31,367 bases of DNA from Verrucomicrobiota bacterium (GCA_038209745.1 JBBQXJ010000057.1:1-31367), one strand, 5' to 3'; counted from the first letter of the stretch, positions 1 through 8,634 are shown. Notes: a model not told the origin generated them from the letters alone. Numbers and translations are program-made.

Positions 1-64
1 CAGGTATCATCGGACCTCACCATGCCATATCCTCCTTCAGCCACTGCAATCAGCGAGGAACCGA

Positions 65-172
65 AATTACGCTGCATTGTTGCAGGCCATGGGGCACAAC
101 CCGCAGCAAGTTTCGGCGCAGTTGAACGCGGTCGGGCAGCCCTTCGGCATCCAGTTCGGATCAAACACTTGA
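65..172 (+). pseudogene. Orphan C-terminal tail of a TPR-repeat protein
   Basis: Frame reads NYAALLQAMGHNPQQVSAQLNAVGQPFGIQFGSNT* (TGA 170-172, 3 nt before the next ATG). It resembles C-termini of NB-ARC/TPR proteins; the in-frame sequence upstream does not. Confidence 0.35.
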
Positions 173-175
173 ACC

Positions 176-1537
176 ATGCCCTACGACCTCTTCATCAGCT
201 ACTCGCGGCGTGATAACGAGCACGGGCGCATCACGCAGCTTGTCGAGCGCGTCAAGGCGGACTTCGCTCCGTTCGCGAAGCGCGAACTTGTGCCGTTCTT
301 TGATCAGCAGGAAATTCACGGCATGTCGGACTGGCGGCAGCGAATCCTTCAGGGACTCCGCGAATCGCGCCTGCTGCTTGCGTGTCTTTCGCCGGCGTAT
401 CTCCAGAGCGAGTATTGCGAGTGGGAGTTTGTCGAATATCTCAAATACGAGATCGGCCATCTGCACGGCTTCAATGGCGTCGCGCCGATTTATTTCGTCC
501 AAGTTCCCGGCTGGGACGACAAGGACTTTGATCAGAAGTGCGCCGCGTGGATTGCCGAGTTGCGCCGCCGCTAGAACTTCGATTTACGTCCGTGGTTTCA
601 CACCGGCGAGGACAGCCTGCGCGAAACCGCCGTGCAGGAGCGCATGGGCAAACTCAACCGCCAGATTGTCCAGACGATCACGCGCGGCGAACGCGCCGAA
701 AAAAGCCTCGGCAACGTGGACGCGCACAACCCGCACTTCATCGGTCGCACCGCCAATCTGCGGATGCTGCGCGAGAACTTCGTCCAGCCCGGTCACATCG
801 GCGTCGTCACCGCCGTCAATGGCGTCGGCGGGCTGGGCAAGACCGCCCTCGCCATCGAATACGCCCACGCCTTTGCCGACGAATACGGCGGCGGACGTTG
901 GCAGGTGCGCTGCGCGGGCAAGGACGACCTGCGCCTCGCCCTCGCCGAACTCGCCACGCCCATCGGCTTCGAGTTCACCGACGACGAAAAGAAAAACGCC
1001 GACCTCCAGTTCGAGCGCACCCGCCGCGAATTGAAGAAGCTCGCCGACGCCCGCGCGCCGCACCACTGTCTGCTCCTCCTCGACAACGTGGACCGGCCCG
1101 GCCTCCTCGACCCCGCGCAAGTCGCGCGGCTCAACGGCGGCGACTGACTGCACGTCCTCGCCACCACGCGGCTTGGCGAAAACGAACTGCACGGCGCGCA
1201 CCTCGACCGCTCGTTCCTGGCCGTGGACGAACTGCCGCCCGACGACGCCCTCGCGCTCATCGAGAGCTACCAGCCCGACGGACGTTTCCGCAGCGAGGCG
1301 GAACGCGACGCCGCGCGCGAGATGGTGCGGCTGCTCGGCTGCTTCACCCTCGCCGTGGAATCCGCCGCCGTGTATCTCGGCCAGTTTGCGAACGAAGTGA
1401 CCTGCGCCGCCTTTCTCACGCGGCTGAAAAAGGAAGGGCTGGAAGGACTCGACACCGCCGCCGAATCCATCTCCGCCTCCATTCGCAACATGGACTTGTT
1501 CGAGAGAAAATGGTTAACTCAGAGTTGTCCCCTATGA
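176..1537 (+). pseudogene. TIR-STAND (NB-ARC-like) NTPase, N-terminal part, with two in-frame nonsense codons
   Basis: ORFs 176-574, 632-1147 and 1223-1537 are all in one frame. TIR motifs YDLFISYS...SPAYLQSEYCEWE, Walker A GVGGLGKT and Walker B LLLLDNV are present. Stops are TAG 572-574 (RRR*NFDLRPW, probably CAG) and TGA 1145-1147 (GGD*LHVLATTR, probably TGG). The sequence character changes at about 1465. Confidence 0.85.
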
Positions 1538-3120
1538 AACGATTACCCGTCTATCTCCTTCTCGACTGCTCGGGCTCAATGGCTGGTGAGCCGATCCAAG
1601 CAGTCAAAATGGGCCTGAAGCAGCTGATCGACCAATTACGCAACGATCCTCATACCGTCGAAGCGGTTTCGCTTTCAATAATTACGTTCAGCGATTCAGC
1701 ACAACAGGCGGTTGCCCTAACGGATTTAGCGAGCTTTCCCGAACCGGATTTGCAAGCAAGTGGGCCGACCGCGTTAGGGTCAGCCCTTCGGTTGCTAAAG
1801 GAGTGCATTGAGCGTGAAGTCGGGAGGGCGAGCGGCACACAGCAAAGTGACTGGAAGCCTCTCATCTTTCTGATGACCGATGGAAGGCCAACGGACGATT
1901 GGGAGCAAGAGGCTGAGAATCTACGTCTGATGCGGCTCGGTAATATCATCGCTTGCGCTGCCGGAGATGCTGCGGATGAGCAGTTGCTAAAGCGCATCAC
2001 GGACTCGGTAATTAAATTGAATGACTTGCGAAGCGACACGCTGGTGGGATTCTTCAAGTGGTGCTCCAACTCAATCAGCAAGGCTTCACACTCGGATGTG
2101 TCTGCCCCGCATATTTCTTACGAATACGATCGGTCAGGAAGATTGGCGTCACTCTCAAGAAGTAGCGCGGACTTTTCCTACGATTACGAAGCTTCCGCCG
2201 CTCGACTTAGCAAGCATGGCCACGATCACACATCGGAAACCCAACCGCCATCTGCGGTCAGCTCTAGCCCGCAAAAGCATGAGTCGCAGACATCGAAAAC
2301 TGACAAAGTGCATTTCTTGGTTGCCTCTCCGCCTGCCGCCCCACCGGGAAGGAAATTCATCGTGGATGTTTGGGCGCACTTGGAACGGCAACGTGCAGAG
2401 GTTGAGCGCCGAGTCCGGCAAGCACGTCCTCAAACTGACTTGCCTCCCGTGATTCGTCCGAAAGGGCCGTTCAAAATCGAGCGCGGAACAAGACTGTTTG
2501 TCCGCTTGAAATTCCAAGACCTCCATGTTGATCCGCCGGAGGATGTGATCCTCTGGGAAGGCGAAATCGGCAACGCATCATTTGAAGTCGCCATTCCAAC
2601 TGAGATTACTGAAGGAGTGAAATGCGGCTTGGTGACCGTTCACTGGGAGGGCGGACTCCAAATCGCAAGAGTTCCTCTCCAGCTTCTCGTCGCCGCCAAG
2701 GCCGTTCCGGCTGCACCAACGACACAACCGCTTCATCATATCCGCAAAGCCTTCGCGTCGTATGCCAGCCCAGACCGAGACGAAGTTATTGGACGAATTC
2801 AGGGGATGCAGAAAATCGCGCCTGACCTCGACGTGTTTCTTGATGTTGTAAACTTGAGGTCGGGTGAGGATTGGGAGAAGAAACTGTGGCAAGTCATTCC
2901 TGAGAGCGACGTTTTCTACCTGTTCTGGTCTGCGGCTGCGAAAGCATCGCCGTGGGTCGAAAAAGAGTGGAGATGCGCGCTTAACAGCCGTGGCGAAGAA
3001 TTCATTGATCCCGTGCCACTCGTTTCTCCCGAGGAGGTGCGTCCGCCAGATGAATTGAGCAAAAAGCATTTCAACGATTGGATTTTAGCGTATCTGAGAG
3101 AAAAGCCGAAAGGCGAGTAG
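1534..3120 (+). CDS. TerY-like vWA domain protein with central beta-rich domain and C-terminal TIR domain (528 aa)
   Basis: MKRLPVYLLLDCSGSM has the MIDAS DxSxS motif, with GPTALG and FLMTDG, typical of TerY-family vWA. The C-terminal TIR reads AFASYASPD...SPWVEKEW. The ATG overlaps the upstream stop (ATGA); an alternative ATG lies at 1510. Confidence 0.85.
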   Translation: MKRLPVYLLLDCSGSMAGEPIQAVKMGLKQLIDQLRNDPHTVEAVSLSIITFSDSAQQAVALTDLASFPEPDLQASGPTALGSALRLLKECIEREVGRASGTQQSDWKPLIFLMTDGRPTDDWEQEAENLRLMRLGNIIACAAGDAADEQLLKRITDSVIKLNDLRSDTLVGFFKWCSNSISKASHSDVSAPHISYEYDRSGRLASLSRSSADFSYDYEASAARLSKHGHDHTSETQPPSAVSSSPQKHESQTSKTDKVHFLVASPPAAPPGRKFIVDVWAHLERQRAEVERRVRQARPQTDLPPVIRPKGPFKIERGTRLFVRLKFQDLHVDPPEDVILWEGEIGNASFEVAIPTEITEGVKCGLVTVHWEGGLQIARVPLQLLVAAKAVPAAPTTQPLHHIRKAFASYASPDRDEVIGRIQGMQKIAPDLDVFLDVVNLRSGEDWEKKLWQVIPESDVFYLFWSAAAKASPWVEKEWRCALNSRGEEFIDPVPLVSPEEVRPPDELSKKHFNDWILAYLREKPKGE

Positions 3121-3646
3121 TTACACGCGGCGCAAGCAGGGCCACGCCGGGCTGGCTGAACCTATCGACCGGAGAGTGGCAGCGACCACGGCAAAGCTGC
3201 TCGGGGACATCCATCCGCTGGCCATCCATCGCCGCAACAATCTGGTGCTCACCCTCATCCTGCTCGGAAAGCTCGAGGAAGCCCGCCAGATTCTCGCCGC
3301 GAACTGGCGTCTGAACGCTCCACCCCACGCCAACACCACCCCGCGCCTCGCCTTCCTCCGCCACCTCATCGCCCTGCTCGAATCGCAACCGAACACGCCC
3401 TTCCTCGGCCAGCTCAAAACCCTCCTCACCGGCCCCGAACTTCCCGTGGCCAGCGACGTGGCTATCCCGTAGGACATCGCCTACTTCATCGAGTAATTGA
3501 AACCCAAACTCGGCGAACCAGGCGCCGAATTCCTCGCCGCCCTCGTCGTTGCGCTGAACGACCGCGCGCGGCTGCCCGACCTCGACCGCTTCCCCGAATG
3601 GCGCAACCAGCCGCCCGTCCCGCTCGACACCCCGTGGCCTGATTAG
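3119..3646 (+). pseudogene. C-terminal TPR-like tail of the TIR-STAND protein, with two in-frame stops
   Basis: Same frame as 176-1537. It reads ...LLGDIHPLAIHRRNNLVLTLILLGKLEEARQIL...VAIP*DIAYFIE*LKPKLG...PLDTPWPD*, with internal TAG 3470-3472 and TAA 3494-3496 and terminal TAG 3644-3646. Confidence 0.7.
3283..3583 (+). repeat. ~300-bp direct repeat, copy 1 (TPR tail segment)
   Basis: ccgccagattctcgccgcgaac...ctgcccgacctc recurs, diverged, at 4262-4561. Confidence 0.9.
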
Positions 3647-3679
3647 GTTTTGATGCCCATGTGTTTTCGGTCCCCGCGT

Positions 3680-4006
3680 TCAAAGGCCGAGCAAATCACG
3701 AAGCGCCGTTTTGACTTCCTCCATTTGACCTTTTGTAAGCGTGCCCAAGCGGCGGGCGAGCTTGCTGCCGTCAAAACTCGCCAATCCTTGCACATTGACC
3801 GCAGACTCCTTGGGCAGCCAACGCGGCTTGCCGAGATGGACTTCGCCGCGCTGATGACGAATTTGTGAAGTCAGCGGCGCCACGATGACCAGCGCACGGG
3901 CATTGCGAGGCTCGTCGGGCGCGAGCACCAGCACCGGACGGCTCTTTTCAATCATCCCGAGTTCAGCGAACCAGACTTCACCCACGGCCGGCTCAATATG
4001 CGCCAT
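3680..4006 (-). CDS. Type II TA toxin, PemK/MazF family endoribonuclease
   Basis: GEVWFAELG..KSRPVLVL...VIVAPLTS...SAVNVQGLASFDGSKLARRLGTL is the PemK/MazF pattern; 108 aa from ATG 4006. Confidence 0.9.
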   Translation of the reverse strand: MAHIEPAVGEVWFAELGMIEKSRPVLVLAPDEPRNARALVIVAPLTSQIRHQRGEVHLGKPRWLPKESAVNVQGLASFDGSKLARRLGTLTKGQMEEVKTALRDLLGL

Positions 4007-4223
4007 AAGCCTTGGTCCATTCGCCGGCCTGTTCTTCAGCGTCGCGCAGCGGCTTCGGCTGCAACGACACGGCAAACGGCAAGGCTTTCCGAATCTCGAT
4101 CTGTGCGAGCATCAGGTTGAACGCATCGCCCGCACTCAGGCCGAGTTTTTGCAGCACGGCATTGGCCTTCTTGAGCCGGGAGTTGGAAACGGTGGTTTTG
4201 AATGTCGTCGTTGCTTGAGACAT
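3993..4223 (-). CDS. Type II TA antitoxin, RelB/DinJ-like
   Basis: 76 aa; LKKANAVLQKLGLSAGDAFNLMLAQIEIRKALPF matches the RelB/DinJ pattern. It lies directly upstream of the toxin and overlaps it by 14 nt. Confidence 0.85.
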   Translation of the reverse strand: MSQATTTFKTTVSNSRLKKANAVLQKLGLSAGDAFNLMLAQIEIRKALPFAVSLQPKPLRDAEEQAGEWTKAYGAY

Positions 4224-4261
4224 GCCATGACGATGCCTAGTCGAGCGCACTTGGTCAACGG

Positions 4262-4561
4262 CCGCCAGATTCTCGCCGCGAACGGCGTCTGAACGCTCCA
4301 CCCCACGCCAACACCACCCCACGCATCGCCTTCCTCCGCCACCTCATCGCCCTGCTCGAATCCCAACCGGACACGCCTTTCCTCGGCCAGCTCAAAACCC
4401 TCCTCACCGGCCCCGAACTTCCCGTGACGCCAAATGTGGCCGTCCCGTGCGACATCGCCTACTTCATCGGGCACCTGAAAGCGCAACTCGGGGCGCCGAA
4501 CGTGGAATTCCTCACCGCCCTCGTCGCCGCGCTGAACGACCACGCGAAGCTGCCCGACCTC
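4262..4561 (+). repeat. ~300-bp direct repeat, copy 2 (diverged TPR tail fragment)
   Basis: Aligns with 3283-3583. It has a 1-nt deletion (gaactggcgt vs gaacggcgt) and TGC/CAC where copy 1 has TAG/TAA. Confidence 0.9.
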
Positions 4562-4756
4562 TACCAGAACGCCGCAACCAAACCGCCCAACCGGCTATGC
4601 CAATGAGTTCACCAAGTTGTTTTCGCTTCTCCAGCCGTCCAAGCGCTTCATCTCCGTCAGCTACCACTTCTTGCTCCCTTCCGCCTTCAATGCCCCATTG
4701 CCGAGCGGGACATATCCCGGCACAAAGGTCGCGCGGACGAGAAGCCAGCCAACATC

Positions 4757-4972
4757 ATGAACAGCGCCGAACCGTGCATCTTCATCAGCTACAGCCACGC
4801 CGCCCAGAAAAGGCGATTTTGGAAGGCGCGACTACTGGAGCGTCTGGCCGTGTTTACGCGTCAAGACCTGGTCGCAGCGTGGGACGACACGGCGATTCTC
4901 AGCGACTGGCGTTGGCGCACTGAGATTGAGAGCCAAATCCATCGCACTACCGTCGAGACTTTTGCGAACTGA
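4757..4972 (+). pseudogene. Truncated TIR domain (N-terminal half only)
   Basis: CIFISYSH...AAWDDTAILSDWRWRTEIESQI stops before the third beta strand and the catalytic Glu helix. Confidence 0.75.
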
Positions 4973-4978
4973 ATTACC

Positions 4979-6106
4979 ATGAAAGGTCAGTCGACCAACC
5001 CTTCTGCGCCGCCCCAAAAATTGCGCCACAGGGCATTTATCAGCTACTCGCACGGGGATGAGAGGGAGTTTCTGGCCGTAAGGACGATGCTGGGGCGTCT
5101 CGGATTTGAGGACTCATCCGATCGGAGACTGAGTGCAGGCAGCGGATTCACGGAACAGATCCGGATGCTTATCACGCATTCCCACGTGTTTGTTCCCATC
5201 CTAACGCCACAATCACACAAACGGGGTTGGGTGCATCAGGAGATTGGGTTTTCGGTAGCGATGCGGATTCCGGTGGTGCCAGTCTGCATTGGAAGCCTCC
5301 CCGAGGGGATGATTAAGATGAATCAGGCCGTCGTTGTGCGAAGGACTGGGAGCGATCTAGAAGCCAAGTTGCGGAATGTGAACTTCAACTCGCTTATCGA
5401 GGAATCCGGCAAAGGCGGATTTCCGCAAATCTCCTGCGCATTGAGGCCGGAGGAACGAGCCAAGATGATCGAAGAGAGTGCCGACGACGCCCGTCGCTGC
5501 ATCGGGGCTCAGTTCATACGCTATTCAGCCGGACTGACCTCCTTCAGTCTGCCAGACGAATCGCCCGAGCACGACTCGTGGACGGCCCGTTATGCCGATG
5601 CGCCACGTAGCCGTTTCGCGTTCGAGTGGTTTCGGCGGGAGCGCCAGGCGTTGGAGAAGCATGCAAGGAAAGCGGGGTGCCGGCTGCTGATCCACACAGG
5701 CTTCGACGCGGACAAGGATTACGGTCCAGGCGCACAACACACGCGGCTACGGATTCTGACTGATTTCTTGGAGTCAGTGAATGGAAAGGTGGAAGCCTTC
5801 GTTTCAAAACAAGTCAACAAATCCTCGGTGCTGTTCGTGGGGGACTGGATGTTGGCGGAGTCCCACGCCCTGCGGCCGGTGCTTGGAATTCAACACACTT
5901 CCTTCACAGCCCACGCCCCAGCCATTCAACGTCGGCTTGAAGAATTCGACGGAGATTTTCTGCAACAACTGCACGAGGCGGGCATTGATCCGCTCGATTC
6001 CCGCCGAGTAGCGATACGGAAGTTGAAAGCGCTCCTCAAGTCGGCGCCACCTCATCCGCTGTGGCCAAGAAAGCAGACCGCCAAACGAAAGCGAGCCGAC
6101 CGATGA
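4979..6106 (+). CDS. TIR domain protein with uncharacterised C-terminal domain (375 aa)
   Basis: RAFISYSHGD...HVFVPILTPQSHKRGWVHQEIG retains the putative catalytic E88. The C-terminal ~210 aa were not recognised. Confidence 0.85.
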   Translation: MKGQSTNPSAPPQKLRHRAFISYSHGDEREFLAVRTMLGRLGFEDSSDRRLSAGSGFTEQIRMLITHSHVFVPILTPQSHKRGWVHQEIGFSVAMRIPVVPVCIGSLPEGMIKMNQAVVVRRTGSDLEAKLRNVNFNSLIEESGKGGFPQISCALRPEERAKMIEESADDARRCIGAQFIRYSAGLTSFSLPDESPEHDSWTARYADAPRSRFAFEWFRRERQALEKHARKAGCRLLIHTGFDADKDYGPGAQHTRLRILTDFLESVNGKVEAFVSKQVNKSSVLFVGDWMLAESHALRPVLGIQHTSFTAHAPAIQRRLEEFDGDFLQQLHEAGIDPLDSRRVAIRKLKALLKSAPPHPLWPRKQTAKRKRADR

Positions 6107-6323
6107 GGACTAATCCTCAGATGAACCACCTGAACGCTTTGCCAATTCTGACTCACGAGAGCCAGGTTACTGCGATGCATCCGACCGGCTCCTATTCGCT
6201 GAACATCCTTTCACGAGGAAGTTCCCGACAGGAGGACCTCGCTGCCGCCGGAGACCTCAGATCGGCAAGTTTGTCTTAGAGCTTGCTCGGACCGAACCAA
6301 CGAAGCCAACGAGGTGCGAGACG

Positions 6324-7301
6324 ATGGAACCCGTCCAAAGGCAGATTGAAAGTAGCGTGGCCGTTCCGGCGGACTCGGCCGGCCGCGCTGTGCTCCACTT
6401 GTTGAGCGATGAGCCGTTCGAGGCACTCAACGCGCTGGCGCACCTGGCCTCCCCGGGTCCGGACCACGACAAGACAAGGTTCGTCCCTTGCAGGGCGTCT
6501 GACGATGGTCCGCTGAAGCATGATCCTTGCTGCTCCGCGCTCGTGCGATTTGCCGAGGCCTTGAGACGCCTCGAATCCATCCGCGAAACGCTAACTGGAT
6601 TTGGGTGGGTGGAACGCGCTTTGCAGCTTTTTCTGACGGTCCACGTTGGCGATCCCGACTCGCTGCAGGCACTGCAAGGAATGGCCTCGTGGAAGCAAGA
6701 GCGGCCACCTTTTGGCCCGTCCGACGACATCGTCATTTTGGCCGGCGGGAGCGCGCCAGAATTGGAGGACGCCATGGACCAGCTGCGGCCGCATCTGCTA
6801 AAAGCCTTTGCCGGTCTATCCATCAAGCTCGTCTCCGGAGGCACCCAGTCCGGAATCAGCCGACTGGCAGGCGATATTGCCCAGGATTCGCACCGGGCCA
6901 TCACAGGAATTGGATACCTTCCAGGTTCGATGCCACCTGGCGCGAAGGAGGAGGTTGACGGCCGCCGCTTCTCGATCCGCGTCAAATCAACAGAAACGGA
7001 GTTCACTCCAATGGACCCGCTCCAGTTTTGGACCGACTTCATGGCGGCGGGGCTGGTCCCTGCGCGAGTCAAACTTCTCTGCTACGCTGGAGGGAGGATT
7101 TCCCGGACCGAAGTAGCCATCGCGCTGGCGATGGGTGCCCATGTGGCCGTCATCTTGAATCCTGAACTGTCCGAAGATCGCCGGTCTGTTGATCCGGATT
7201 GGCAGCATCACCCCCGCCTCATCACCCTGCCGATCGAAGCATCGGCTATTCGCACGTTTCTCAGGGCAGATCTTCGGCAATCGGGAGGCATAAATCGTTA
7301 G
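6324..7301 (+). CDS. SLOG-superfamily-like nucleotide-binding domain protein (325 aa)
   Basis: Rossmannoid pattern VILAGGS...LVSGGTQSGIS...GIGYLP...LCYAGGRISRTEVAIALAMG fits the SLOG glycine-rich loops and GGxxxxxE motif. The start codon is uncertain. Confidence 0.65.
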   Translation: MEPVQRQIESSVAVPADSAGRAVLHLLSDEPFEALNALAHLASPGPDHDKTRFVPCRASDDGPLKHDPCCSALVRFAEALRRLESIRETLTGFGWVERALQLFLTVHVGDPDSLQALQGMASWKQERPPFGPSDDIVILAGGSAPELEDAMDQLRPHLLKAFAGLSIKLVSGGTQSGISRLAGDIAQDSHRAITGIGYLPGSMPPGAKEEVDGRRFSIRVKSTETEFTPMDPLQFWTDFMAAGLVPARVKLLCYAGGRISRTEVAIALAMGAHVAVILNPELSEDRRSVDPDWQHHPRLITLPIEASAIRTFLRADLRQSGGINR

Positions 7302-7433
7302 TCAACTGTCAGTAAAACTGCCAGTAAAAGTAGTTCCAGAGCACGACCGAGCTGTAGCGGAGCAGTGCGAAAAAGGACTTCAAATTCCGCTATAACCGTC
7401 TAATATGGAGACAGAAAGAGCCGCTTTGCGGAC

Positions 7434-7454
7434 CGATTCCGGCCTCAGCCACCA
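7434..7454 (+). mobile_element. att-like site: isolated tRNA 3' end (T-arm 3' half, acceptor strand, CCA)
   Basis: CGATTCCGGCCTCAGCCACCA has no upstream D or anticodon arm. It is flanked by short tandem repeats at 7305-7329 and 7501-7524 and is followed by an integrase remnant. Confidence 0.7.
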
Positions 7455-7642
7455 CTTCCATCCCATTGATTGGGAAAGGATTGCAGAAGCGGGACCGGCG
7501 ACTGTCTGTGGAAATGTCAGTGGATTCACCGGCCAGAGAACCCCCTTCCCGGACTCCCCGACCCCTCCCTGTCTGCTCGCCGACCGCACGTTGACCGTGC
7601 GGGCCGTGGGTCTGGTTAGCTCTTCGACCAGAAAGACAGCCC

Positions 7643-7968
7643 ACGAAACCACGGTTCACCCTCTTCCGCCGAGGCCTGGTCTACTCCTCGCAGGACAAGG
7701 TCACGGGCAACCAGGCCAGTCTGCGCACCCACGACCGGTCCGAGGCGGGCTCCATGATCCATGCGGCCAACGAAGCCGTGCGTCAGCCCTGCCTCAACCT
7801 GCGCATCGCCCAAACCTATCTGGCGGCCTCGGATGAAAAGATGGCCCGTCGTACTTGGCAGGACGTGATGCACGAATTCGTCCTGACCAAGGCCGAGAAC
7901 AGCCGGCCCTACTGCCAGCGCGGGGTGGACGAGGCGGCCTTCGATCCCCTGCGCCCGCTGAAGGTGGT
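7643..7968 (+). pseudogene. N-terminal remnant of a tyrosine recombinase/integrase
   Basis: Reads (ACG)KPRFTLFRRGLVYSSQDKVTGNQASLRTHDRSEA...NEAVRQPCLNLRIAQTYLAASD...RTWQDVM, resembling the N-terminus of verrucomicrobial integrases. The start appears mutated to ACG and there is no catalytic domain. Confidence 0.7.
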
Positions 7969-8289
7969 CCCTCAGCTCCCATGCCCGGGCTCGGCCCGAA
8001 AACCGAACAACAAAGTTTTTCGGGGAGTCGTTTTCCCTTCGTCGGCGGAGAGCGTGGATTGCTGAGGGATTCCCTGGAGGACCAGCACAGGCGCTACGCC
8101 GCGATGACCTATCCCGAGAACCGGGTGCGGGTCGAAGAGTCCATCATCCCGACCGTCGACTCCCGCAGGGCGGTCTCTGGAGGCAGGCGCTGTCCGGCGT
8201 CCGATGCCGACGACGTGGTCCGGGAGATCCTGATCAAAATCCCAACGGCGATGCCGCGAGCCCCCCGTGGTCAAAGCCGGGCAGTCCAT

Positions 8290-8634
8290 CGGTTGGTGCT
8301 GGCTCGATCAGCCCACGGGCTTTGAGACGGACGATGATCGGGTCTTTCATTTCATGGGCGTAACGCAGGAGGGTCGAGTCCCGCCCGTGATGGATGATCG
8401 CTTCCATGACGGTTCCCCACACGCGGCCCGGAAGCTCCGCGTCACGGGCGGAGAGGAACACCCGGCCAAGGGCAAGAGAGTCATGGTGGGGGCGCGCTCG
8501 GCGTCGTTCATGGCGGCGAGCAGTTTCTCGGCTTGTTGCCTGTGGGAAGTGTGAAGAGTCTCCCGCTGTTGGGTGATGCGGCGATGCGCGTAGAACTGGG
8601 TTCCACGGCGAACGAGACGGAATGCTGATTTCAT
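8290..8634 (-). pseudogene. Second, frameshifted N-terminal integrase remnant of the same family
   Basis: MKSAFRLVRRGTQFYAH...QRETLHTSHRQQAEKLLAAMNDAERAP continues after a frameshift as FLSARDAELPGRVWGTVM, parallel to the 7643 remnant. Confidence 0.65.

Noticed and set aside
538..1533. N-terminal 332 aa of the 860-aa ORF 538-3120
   Set aside because: Arg/Pro-rich shadow frame overlapping the TIR-STAND pseudogene; vWA homology begins at 1534.
176..3646. Stop-codon recoding or programmed readthrough of the STAND gene
   Set aside because: The internal stops are of all three types (TAG, TGA, TAG, TAA), neighbouring genes use TAG and TGA as true stops, and the gene is also internally replaced. 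Pseudogenisation is simpler.
7380..7460. Complete tRNA gene
   Set aside because: Only the last 21 nt are tRNA-like; there is no 5' acceptor strand, D arm or anticodon arm.
8195..8260. Possible ECF sigma region-2 fragment (DADDVVREILIKI)
   Set aside because: Too short and without flanking homology to support a call.
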